A stretch of DNA of 64,000 bases from Marsupella aquatica (Eukaryota; Plantae; Marchantiophyta), in the NCBI GenBank assembly GCA_973895155.1, contig OZ316896.1:310001-374000 (forward strand). Direction: 5' to 3'. Under the pieces are notes generated by a model. The model saw only the letters and a program-made list of their open reading frames with translations. It was not told where the DNA came from and made no database searches. Below, in pieces: positions 12,906-24,132 of the stretch. Positions within the stretch are counted from its first letter, which is position 1. Each line of letters begins with the position of its first letter. A program made the position numbers and the translations under genes.

Positions 12906-15798
12906 TGTGATGCCTTGCCAGGATCATGAAGTAATAACTTAGCCTAAAAAATTGGATAAAATAAGGATAGATAGAGAGTATAAGGTAACAATAAAGACCG
13001 ATGCCGATTCTACGTGTAAATGATGAAGGGAAGGATCCAACGGTTGAGATTCAGCGGGATTGGAGTTATGACCTAATCCATGCTTGATCACAAGGACCCC
13101 TAGGTGGCGGCTTTGGAGTAAGGTGACCAATTCTCTGCCATTTCGCATTCTTGTGTACACGGTTTTGACATTGAGGAGCGACTGTCAGTCGAGTGCATGT
13201 GGTGGATTGGAAGATTGTGCAAGTTCTTGGCATTCGGTGGAATGAACACAGTGAATCAGGCAAGGAAGTTTTGGGGCTGTTTGCTTGAAGAAGCAAGGCA
13301 GCTGATACCTACGTATGAAGACGTTGAGCCGGAGCGCACAGCCAGAGAACGAGCAAAGCTTGCACAATTGTGGGGAATTCACAAAGCGGCATTCGTAGAT
13401 ACGGAGGAGGTGTTGGAAAAGTTCTCGTGGACACCCACCAGTGCGGAGCTTGACGAATTGTTGATTCGAGAGAATAAGGTCGTGGGGATTAGGGAGGCAA
13501 TCAAGAACGTAGGGCAGCCACTTTGGGAATTGAAGGGTCACACTACGAAGTGGACGAAGGAAGCTATTCTCGGGGAGTATTCAGGCGCTGAAGAGATGAA
13601 GCGCAAGGGAGGTTTGGCATCCGCCACTCCAGCAAAGTGAACTAGGTCGGAGAGACCAATCAAGATGGAATCCGGGCCAGTTAGAGATCGGGCTGTAGAG
13701 GATAAAACCATGACAGGGTGGGCGAACAGGTTACCTGCCGATTTACAATTACAGTTCGCAAGAGATGAGGATGAGGTCTTCAGTGCCGTTCAGGATAATA
13801 AATATGCAGGATATATGAATGACACTGGGTTGGAGGGCTTTGTCAGGTTGTCTGGTAGACATACCGGATGAGGATCTGTTGGACTTCGTGGGATGCTGGG
13901 AGGCTTCTTCCAACACGACGCTGCTATATGAAAAGGTGTTCGAACTAACACCTGCGCTTATCAAAGTCGTCTTCGCTTTACCAACAGGAAGAAAGACTAA
14001 GGTGGAGCAGAGGAAGACGTCGTCGGATGACCAGTTCAGGTCATTTCTAGGGCCTTCCACTAAGAATGGGTTTTTCAGGAATCAATGTACCAACCCGCAT
14101 ATAGGGCAGCTGATTGATTTCCTGAGAGTCACGTTGCATTGTACCTTGCCGAGAGCAAAAATCGGCAAAGCCCAGGTATTTTTGGTGGAGAATATCGATG
14201 CAAGCCAAGACTACAATGGCTTAACGATGAAGTTGAAGACGTATCTCAGGAATTGGAGGAGGCCAGGGATAAGATGCTCAAGTTGCAAAAGCGTGCCGAT
14301 AATGAAACGGAGAAATTGAAGAAGTATGCCGAAGCGGGATATGGGTCACCAACTGAAAGGCTTCCCATCAGTAGTATGGTAGGCGGAAATACAGTGAAGC
14401 CAAAGCCAAAGCCGAGCTCACTATTGTCAAGCGTGACTGGGGGCAAAGCCATGCAGTTGGTGGCAGATTTAGCAAAAACATTCATGGGGCCAAGCGATAA
14501 TAAAGTTAAGCCCCTTAAAGCCACTCCGGAGGAAGTCGAGAGCATGGCCGCTCACATTTGTGGTACTGTGGCCCTAAAGGCAGCTGTGGTGTACTGCGGA
14601 TCAACTTGGAGCTGCGGTAACAGGTTCAGACGATGGTACTGCTTCTATGGACGCCCATAACGTGAAGCCGTGGGTTATCAAGACCGAGCGAATCGGGGAG
14701 CAGGCTTGGATTGAGGAAGTTAAGGCAAAAGCTCTCCAAGCCGTTTCCCAGGAGGATGCCGATGCAGCAGCCGATGCCGGGGCCGACAAACCAGAACCCA
14801 AAGTCAAGGAAGCCGAAGGGGTCAAGCGAGAGCCGATGGCAGGAGAAGGTGCAGGGTCGGAAGATTCAAACTTACCCCCGGTCATTTGACAATTAAGGAG
14901 GGCCAGTCATCGATTGGAAGGAGGACGTGGCGGCAAGAGAAGGGCTTGGGCCAGAAGGGCGCGGCCGTTGTAGGATGGGACAGGGCAAGTAGCGCCCTGT
15001 TGGCTTAGGTGGTATTAGATGCTCGGTTCACATAGGGTTCCGGGCTAGTCAAGTTTTTTAGGTGATAGTTCTTTTTGTAGGATTATCGCGGTGGAAGGCC
15101 GTGAGTTGTGGTTAGGATTTTTGCCTTTTCCCCTGGATGCGCTGCAAGGATAAAAACCTGGGCAGCGTGGCTCGGGGGCTTTTTCTTAGTCAAGGCTTTA
15201 GTGTAAATCTGTATTGTTGTGCACAGGAAGCTCTCGGCTAAATCTAGACCGCAGGGTATCAGTAAACCACCAGTTCCCTTGGATTTTTTGAGCAATTGTT
15301 TGAATTGAGTTGGCCTCATTGCATAGTTTGCAGATTCTTGCCATCCAAAGAAGTTGAGTGTTATGATATCTAAATGCTTGATCGATTTAAGTCAGATAGG
15401 GTGAACTGTTGAGCAAAATACAATCGCATTGTCTTGATTGGAGACTGTCCAATCAAACTCTGAGAGAAAAGTGAGGATTGAGAATGTTTAGTCGGTGAAG
15501 TGTGGGTTTAGTCAGTTTGAAAAAGACCTTCAGCCGGCTTAAGAAATTAAGCCGTAGGGGTACATTCCGGGGGCGGAATACAAATATACCTAAAGAAGTT
15601 AAAGAGGAATTAGGTGTCTCAGTTGTGCACAATTCATAAGCCCAGTGAAAGAATCGGTCCGGTAAGTGTGGATCGAAGGGGAGGATCGCGTTTTCAAACC
15701 GAGTAGCTGCCATACGGCAAGAGGACGGACATAAACGAGTGGCTTATGATCGTCTGAGGGTAGTTCTTAGGGTTAGAGGTCTTGGAAAATGCACCACA
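12906..15798 (+). mobile_element. Solo LTR of sister family B (2.9 kb, internally deleted) carrying a degenerate homologous ORF (~13197-14889)
   Basis: Termini TGTGATGC...GCACCACA identical to family A; TSD TCTCA on both sides (12901-12905, 15799-15803). Peptides NQARKFWGCL, LQFARDED, GPSTKNGFFRNQCTNPHIG and QKRADNE align with family A. Confidence 0.9.
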
Positions 15799-16404
15799 TC
15801 TCAGCGGGACACAGCCGAGATTGACGCCCTGAAGGCAGAGGTGGCACGGCTTCAAGGAGAAGCCACTAAACAGGCCCAGTTGGTGGACAAGCTGACGAGC
15901 GACACCCAACAACTGGAGGAGGCATGCCATGAGGCCGCGGAAGAGGCAGACGCGGCGAAGCGGGAAAACGAATCTCTGCTAGACCAGGTCCAGCTACTCA
16001 AGCAGGACGCCGACAGGCTTAGAAGGCAACGGGATAGCCGCTCCCACTCAGGCGGCTCTGGCAAGCGCGCCAGACATTAGCGGCGGAGTAGGATTAGAGT
16101 AGAGTTCGGAATAGCTCAATTAGGCTATAGGGACAAGCACCTGCCCTAGTTAGAGCAACACTGCCATGTTGTACAACCTGTGTAGATTAGGATCTCCTAA
16201 TAAGATAAGTTGTTTTCCGGCCTGACAGCCAGCTTAGTTAGGACCTTAGTTAGCAAATCTTTGGACGTGAGGGCACTCCATTCCTTGGCCCTTAGTATTT
16301 AGTGCACCCCTCGGTAGAGGCAGGGGGTTTTTTAGTCTCAATGTGGGACATCCGCGGTATGTGCGGGGAGTCCCGATCTCTGGGAGTGAAAGAGTACCGA
16401 GGGG

Positions 16405-16719
16405 ATCATCCAACCATTCGTCCGGATCCTCATCTCCTCTCCCATGAAATGCCTTGTAATGTATGCACGACCGCTGGCTCAATCTGGTCCCTGGCCTCTC
16501 GTCTGGCCGTGCCTCTGGTTCCCCCATGTAGGTTGGAGACTCACTTCTCCTTACCGACTCTTCTTCTGGTATGTCTTCTTCGACGCCACTTCCAGTTTCG
16601 GAGCTACCAGCTCTTTCTGCCCTTCTCAGTCGTTGTGTATCATGCCACCCGGCGAGCTGCTGCAGTCGAGCTCTCTCCCGTTGAATCACTCTTTCTTCCC
16701 TCGGCGTAAGGTCAGTCAT
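16405..16719 (-). pseudogene. gag: Truncated Ty3/gypsy gag N-terminus of the family A element
   Basis: ATG 70 bp downstream of the LTR end. YKAFHGRGDEDPDEWLDD fits the gypsy gag/capsid F.G...EDP..WL motif. Homology stops abruptly at ~16405. Confidence 0.72.
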
Positions 16720-16765
16720 TACCTACGCTTCCGTTCTAACTTCATATCTCACAGCTTAAGAAATG

Positions 16766-16784
16766 CCCCCTCCATCTAGCGCCA
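16766..16784 (-). promoter_or_regulatory. Putative primer binding site TGGCGCTAGATGGAGGGGG
   Basis: TGG-initiated motif 4 nt after the LTR 3' end (..GCACCACA tttt TGGCGCTAG..), the canonical PBS position; priming tRNA not identified. Confidence 0.75.
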
Positions 16785-16788
16785 AAAA

Positions 16789-19700
16789 TGTGGTGCATCC
16801 CATGGCTCCCTAAACCCAAGAAACCCCCAGCTCAAGCCGATTCCCGCAGGTTTCACGCTTGGCGAGGCCGTTTCCGCGGCTTAGCGGCATGGGACGCTGC
16901 TAACCTTCTACTACTACTATTAACATTTTACACACATATACTGGACAGATCCTTCATCGGGTCATGAGATACGTAGCCGGCCTAATCTAGGCCTTCCCCT
17001 GTCTTCCCCTTCATCTTGTTAGGTATGTTTGGATTCCGCCGCCGGAATGATCCCCAATAGGCTTGGTTAAGCCGCTAAGACCTCTCTCAGCTCGACACAT
17101 CCAACTCTCACTCCCCTGCTTACTTTCCTTCTGGTTGATGTGGGCACTCTTCACACAAGTTAATGCGACACACAAATAGCAAAATGACTCATTCTGACTG
17201 AGTCATACCATGCACTTGCCATACAAACAGTACATCTCATACACAAGCTCTGCGAACTAAGCCGTGAGGCCAACTCTATTCAGCTCTTAGGCATGAGGAA
17301 ACATGAATATACACAAGGGTCACTGTATGACTAACCGAGAGCTTCTCGTACTACTTGATCCCAGCCCGGCTGGTGCAAACTAAAAACTTGCTAAAGAAGA
17401 GGCCCTGAGCTCCCCGCTGCCCAGGTACTTATCCTGGTACGTAGTGGATCCGCCATTCTTTGCATCGTAAGCCTAATCTACCTAACAGTAATCTACTTGC
17501 CCGAATCTACCTATGTACAGCAAGGTAGGAGCACAAGTGTTACTCCTACCAGTGGAACCGCAATCCCACTAAGCTAAGTGTCAGGGCCGCTCCTGGTCCT
17601 GATCCTAATCCTAAACTTGGAGATCAGCGCCCACCCTGCCCACTCACGCCTCCTCCCTCCACGTCCGCCCTCCCTAAAAGGAACGGCGCCCTTGCACCGT
17701 CACGACACTGGTGGAGGATCCTTAATGGACGCCCCCAACGCTTCCTCCTCAGCCACTGCCGTAGGTTCATTCTCTGACAGATTACCTGCCCTTGACTGAG
17801 TCAACTCTCCATCGGCCTGACTGGGTCCACCATCGGCGTCGGCATCGGCTCGGGAATTGGTTACGGCCTCAGCCTCGGCTACGGTCTCCCCGGCCTGCTC
17901 AAGAGGCGGATCTGGAATACCGGCCTCATTACTGAGTAGTTCGACTTGGGCCGCACCACCCCCACCTGTGATGATAGCGGGATCTATTGTCGTATTCATG
18001 CCGGAGGATGGTGCTGGTTCTACCTCCTTGGTCACCACGGCTTGTGGAGTCGGATTACTCCTTGACCCTGAAGGTTTCCGCTTTTTCTTCTTTTCTAGTT
18101 CGGCAGCTGGTCCCTTCCCCTTCCCACCTACTTCCGGCACTGGTGCAGGTGGCGCGGCTTTTTCTTCGGCCAGTACCACTCCTGGTAACTTGGTTGCCCC
18201 AATTGGAGTTGGGCCTGATGAAGACAAGCACTTAAATACTGCGGCTTGTTTCTTCAGCCGCTCCATTTGGTTGTCGGCCCGCCGCTGGAGGTTCTCCATC
18301 TTCCTCGTGATTTCCTCCAACTCCTCCTGGGTCTCATCCAGGTCCTTGCGTGCCTCCTCTAGTTCCTTCTGGGCTTCCTCCCGTTCTTGTTTCAAGGTAG
18401 TCCTCTCCTCCCGGGTTGCTCTTAGCTCCTTGTCGAGCTTTGCAATGATGACAGACTCCATCTGGTTCATCTTGGCGTAAGTCTGATCGAGCATCTCGTC
18501 CTTCTCCCTTAGGTCGGCCTTGAAGCTGGCCGTCAGGGACGCAAGCTCCTACTGCAGCGCCATAATCCCTTGATAGGATTTCCCTAACTCGGCCTCCTTC
18601 TGCTCAAGGGCTCCGCGGATTTTCTCGAGCTCCCCCTTCAACGCCCATTCCTTTCTTTGGGTCTCCGCCATGGCCCGACTGTTGGCTGTTATGTGGGCCT
18701 CCTCTGTATTCTTCAGCTCTTGCTTCCACTTCTCCCTCTCTTTGATCGCGTCGGCCAACTCTCCCTGCGTATGAGTCAGTTTATCCTTGATATTCTGATT
18801 ATCAGCCTGCGCGGTGTCCAACTGCCCCTGCATGATGTTCAGCTCATGCCGTTTAATCCGCAGTTCATCTTGGGCTTTCTTGGCCGCCCTTAGATCTCAA
18901 TCTCGGCTTCCATCCTCCTAAGCCGCCGAATGACCTCGTCCTTCTTGCTTCTCTCTAAAGCCACCGCTTCTTCTAATTGGTGCTTCTCCAACTGCTCCCT
19001 ATGGAAAAAGGGTCCTACCTCCAACTCCTCTCCAAAGATGCCGAGCGCAAGTTCCCCACACATCTCACCATACTCCATGGCTCTATTCTTACCGTAGGTG
19101 GAGTAAGTAGAAGTGATCGGCATCGCCCATCGTGGCCTTTGCTCCCAAGCCGTCTTGCGGATCTCTTAAATCGTGGCTAGAGGTTTGCTTCCTTTTTTGG
19201 CTAGCCGCCTGATGTCCTCCGGCCAATCTCCTCCTGGTAAATCCTTTTCCCTAGTCAGGGCTGCCTCCTCTTCCTGCCTGATTCGCTCCTGAAATTCCTG
19301 CACCGTCTGTTTTATGCCGTCAAAGCTCGGGGGAGCAACATCTGGTGGGGGAGACTCAGGGCTACTCTGCTGGTTGGGGTCCCCTCGCACTACCCTTGGA
19401 AGTGTGGGGACAAACCGGCCACAGGTCCTTACTCCTGGAACGTGATGGTCCGACCCATAGCCGGAATTATCATGGCTGCAGTCCTCCACTGCCTCCTCTA
19501 CTTCTTGGACGTCCGGCTTCTCCCTCTCCTCTTCGTCGGTAGGAGCTTCAGGCAATTCTACCTCAGATTCGGAGCTTGAGATTCCCACATACATTCGAAC
19601 ACCTGGCTTGGATTCCGGCCTGATTCTCTCCTTGTCTCCAGCAAAGGGGTTTTCTCTTGTGAGCCGGTGTAGGCCTACCTCTGTAGTAGTGTCCTGCATT

Positions 19701-21490
19701 GTTGTCGTTGCCGTTGTTGTTGCCGATGCCGATCTCTTTTCTTTCTCCAGTAGTTTCAGCAGACTCTGCATGCCTGGTTGCTGCATCGGCAAGTCTTCCT
19801 TCCTGGGTCTAAACACCTTCTCGATCGTAGGGCTAACAGGTGTTGAGGCTTCTCAGCCAACGGCCTCGGCGTTGGAGCTTCCTCGGGTGCCCTTACCTGC
19901 AGGGGAAGTACTGGGGCAAAAGTCTGACCTCTGGCATACCGGCACAACAGCGGCATGTGATAGCCAAGCCGCAACACGCTCCCCATACCGATTACCTGCT
20001 ACTCCTCCTTTAAGATCTTCTTCAATTGGTTGAGGAGGTACCCGTTGTAGTCCCGGCTTGGGTCTGGCCTTTCTGCCAGATAGACCTGTGCCTTGCCGAT
20101 CTCTGCCCTTGGCAAGTTACAATGCATGGTCACCCGCAAGAAGTTGATCATCTCTCCTATGTGCGGGTTGGTACAGGTGTTCCGGAAGAAGCCATTCTTC
20201 GTTGATGGCCCGGGGAACGACCGGAACTCCTTGTCAGGCAAGGTCTTTCTGGTATCAACTTTGGTCTTATTGCCTATCGGCAAGCCAAACACTTCGGCAA
20301 TTACCTTGGGAGTAAGATAGAAATCCTTCCCATATATCCTCGTGCAATTGGTCTCGGGTTCCCATGACCCCACGAATTCTAATAGGTCTGACTCCGGTAC
20401 CTCTGGCTTCAGCCATGGTAATCTTACAAAGGCCTCTAAGCCGGATCCGGCCATGAAGCCTTGGTACTTCTTGGTCTGCATGGCCGTAAAGCATGCATCC
20501 TCCTCCCGTGCAAAATGTAGTTGCACCTCCACCGGTAGGGTTGCCGCCCAGCCCTTCCAGGTGTCATCCCTGGTTGGAATGGCCTTGATGGGATCGACCT
20601 CCTCTTCTTTGGCTTCTCCCTGCCTCCTGCTCTGCTGCTCGGCTGGCTTCTTTGGTGCCGCCGACCTCGTTCTTTTTGCCGGGGTGGCTTCATCGTTGAC
20701 GGCTCCCTTCCTCTTCATCTCTGCTGCCGTGGAGGTTTCTCCTAGCACCGTTGCCTGGGTCCACCTTTCCGTGCTACCCTTTAATTCCCAGTGTATGTCG
20801 TTGCAGTTCTTGATGGCCTCTCGGATGCCGACGACGCTGTCGTTGCAGTTCTTGATGGCCTCTCGGATGCCGACGACGCTGTCTTTGCAAAATAGAAGAT
20901 CGTCGAGTTGATTGGAAGTAGGCGTCCACAGGAACTCGTCCTTGATGAGTTCGCCTCCTAAGAAAGCCGTCTTCTGCAGCTCCCACAATCGAGCGAGCTC
21001 CTGCCGTTCTCGAGCTGCCCTTTCTGATTCCTCGTCCTCGTAAGTCTTGATGTACTCAGTTGCCCATTCGAACAGGCATCCCTAGAAATGTGCCGCTTGA
21101 TTGACGTTGCTCATACCCTCCTTAGGTCGATCGTCGGTATCTACTCTCTCCCCGAGTGCTTGCCTAAGCAGCTGACAGTAGTTGGCCTCCCGTAGTCGTC
21201 TGCCTAGTTTGTGCTCGCAAATGAGTCACCATCTCCTGCAAGCGCTCCTTACCCCTCTCCTCTGCCGGTCCTTCTTCCCGTTGATCCTTCCTAGCCGCCG
21301 ACGCTTAACGCACCCTAACCCTAATTGAGTTTTCACCCTCAGCGTCCTTACCTTCGGCCTCGGCCCGGGTTCCATGGTTGCCCCTAATGGTTTATATTTT
21401 CCTTGTTTTGTCCCTATACTAAGGTGTTCCTAGGGTGCCTTCCTGCTTTACCCACTTAACTGGCCGAGTGATTCCTGTCTAGGCATCACA
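16789..21490 (-). mobile_element. Giant coding gypsy LTR, family A copy 2 (complete 4,702-bp 5' LTR)
   Basis: Minus-strand termini TGTGATGCC...GCACCACA; near-identical to 24133-28792; followed by PBS and gag; inserted inside copy 3. Confidence 0.92.
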
Positions 21491-23250
21491 ATCAGTGCCG
21501 TTGCCATTGCCGTTGCCGTTGCCGTTCTTTTTTCCTTCTCCAGCAATTTCAGCAGATTTTGCATGCCTGGTTGCTGCATCGGCAAGTCTTCTTTTCTTGG
21601 CCAAAACACCTGCTCGATCGTCGGACTGTCGGGCTGGTTGAGCTTCTCTGGTGCTGGCCCCTGCTCCGGAACCTCCTCCGGTGCCCTTGCCGATAGGGGA
21701 AGTACTGGGGCAAAGATTTGACTTCTGGCATACCGGCACAATAGCGGCATGTGATAGCCAAGCCGGGACACGCTTCCCACGCCGATCACCTGTTGTTCCT
21801 CCTTCAAGATCTTCTTCAGTTGGTTGAGGAGGTACCCGTTGTAATCCTGGCTTGGGTCTGGCCTTTCTGCCAGGTAGACCTGAGCCTTGCCGATCTCTGC
21901 CCTCGGCAAGTTACAATGCATGGTCACCCGCAAGAAATCGATCATCTCTCCGATGTGTGGGTTGGTGCAGGTGTTCCGGAAGAAGCCATTCTTCATTGAT
22001 GGTCCTGGGAACGACCGGAACTCCTTGTCAGGTAAGGTCTTCCTGGTATCAACCTTGGTCTTATTACCCATCGGCAAGCCAAACACCTCGGCAATCACCC
22101 GGGGAGTGAGATAGAAATCCTTCCCATACACCCTCGTGGAATTGGTCTCGGGTTCCCATGATCCCATGAATTCTAATAAGTCTGAGTCCGGCACCTCCGG
22201 CTTCAGCCATGGTAATCTTACGAAGGCTTCCAAGCCGGATCCGGCCATGAAGCCCTGGTACTTCTTGGTCTGCATGGTCGTAAAGCATGCATCCTCCTCC
22301 CGTGCAAAGTGTAATTGCACTTCCTCCGGTAGGGTCGCCGCCCAGCCTTTCCAGGTGTCATCGTTTATTGGAATGGCATTGATGGGATCGACCTCTTCCT
22401 CTTCGGTTTCTCCCTGCTTCTTGCTTTGCTGCTCTGCTGCTTTGTTGGCTTCCTTGGTGCCGCCGACCTCGTTCTTTTTGCCGTGGTGGCCTCTTCGTTG
22501 TTGTTTCCTTTCCTCTTCATCTCGGTTGCCGTGGATGTTTCTCCTAGCAAGGTTGCCTTCGTCCACCCCTCCGTGTTACCCTTCAACTCCCAGTGTAGGT
22601 CATTGCAGCGATTGATGGCTTCCCGGATGCCGACGATTCTGTTTTCGCAAAATAGAAGGTCGTCGAGCTGATTGGCAGTAGGAGTCCACAAGAACTCGGC
22701 CTTGATAAGTTCTCCTCCTAAGAAATCCGTCTTCTGCAGTTCCTAGAGCTGAGCGAGCTCCTGCCATTCTCGAGCTGCTCTCTCCAATTCTTCGTCCTCG
22801 TAAGTCCTGACGTACTCACCTGCCCATTTGAACAGGCATCCCCAAAAATGTGTCGCTTGATTGACGTTGGTCATACCCTCCTTGAGTCGATCGTTGGTAT
22901 CTGTTCCCACCCCGAGTGCTTGCCTAAGCAGCTGACAGCATTTGGCCTCCCGTAGTCGTCTGCCCAGTTCGTTCTTGCAAATGAGCCACTATTCCTCGCG
23001 AGCGGTCCTTACCCCTCTCCTCCTCTTCTTCCCTCTCGTTGGTCACCCCTAGCCGCCGACGCTTAGCGCGCCCTAACCCTAATCGTGTTCTCTCCCCCGG
23101 CGTCCTTAATTCCGGCCTCGGCCCGGGTTCCATAGTCACCCTTAATTGTTTATATTTTCCTTTGTTTTTGTTCCTATACTAAGGTGTTTCCAGGGTACAC
23201 TCTTGCTTTACCATGTAAAGCGGCCTAGTGATTCCTGGCTAGGCATCACA
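21491..23250 (-). mobile_element. Giant coding gypsy LTR, family A copy 3 (5' 1.76 kb, interrupted by copy 2)
   Basis: Starts TGTGATGCCTAGCCAGG on the minus strand at 23250. The ORF runs to LEKEKRTATATAMATA and is cut at 21491. Confidence 0.88.
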
Positions 23251-23329
23251 TATTGGTTGTGCCGCCTCCCAAGCCTGGTGACCCCGACTTTAACCGCTTG
23301 GACAGGGGGAACGGCCCCCTATGAGTCCT
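23251..23329 (+). mobile_element. Continuation of the copia 5' leader broken at 6609
   Basis: tttaaccgcttggacagggggaacggcccc matches ~33768-33800 and ~54501-54532. Confidence 0.75.
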
Positions 23330-24132
23330 TGATAGGGTAGAAATTTAGCAAGTTAAATTAATAAAATTTTGAAGAGTAAGTATCGATCGAGTTACAATTA
23401 AGTAGAGGTCTACCATTAGAGGGAAATTACTATTTAAACCTTAAAAGAACAACTAGAGCTTCATTTTGTCTAGTCGAGGCTCAGTTTTTGGTTAGTTGGT
23501 AGTTCTATAGCGATGGATCGGTCTGGAGTCATCCGCTTAGTTGGAGTAACGATTGCGGCAATTTAGGGCATGCATGGCAATGACTTAGTTTATGAGGGAT
23601 GCAATATCCTATAGACGATGGAAAGCTATGTGCCTTAGGGCCCAGTACACACAGAGCTAGACTGAGCAAAGGAAATTGGAATGTAGGGTTGCCAATGAGG
23701 AACCGAGTGAATCATTGTTGTTGACCAGTAGGTTCCGGCCAATACATGTACAGTTTCTTTGTGCAAATCAATGATGATGTTTATCAAGTGTGGGAAGAAG
23801 TCGGCTGTCAACTATTTGGAGTCACTGGGCATGAGTTTCATATGCAAGTGGATGCACAGGAACAAAATTGTTATCGTGTCATGAATGAGCGATGGATAGT
23901 GCAAACTGTGGAAAATAGAAGAATCTGACTAAACAAATATTAGGGTTCCACAGGATGAGAACTCACTCAAACTATCAACAAACAGGAGAAGGGACCAGTG
24001 AAACAAGAATGGCACCAGTGGAGACAACAATGCATGAACTTAGCATTGAAGCAACAGACACAAGAGATGGAATCAAAAACGACCGCTCAGGAGAACGATT
24101 AACTGAAGAACAACCAGTCAGGAGGTGCACTA

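Larger units (their letters stand above)
9851..16404 (+). mobile_element. Distantly related LTR-like coding element (family C) with a PMD-like plus coiled-coil ORF (10325-16080 after removing nested insertions); right end lost
   Basis: TG start, TATAAAAGGGGG at ~10219, ORF from 10325. Removing the MITE (10830-11116) and the solo LTR (12906-15798) with one TSD each restores the reading frame (PAPT-PPWPR..MLPPPD; DSRS-QRDTAEID). Contains GFEHLASLPW..KFIQNFD..MIFGLPEG, similar to family A. Confidence 0.72.
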
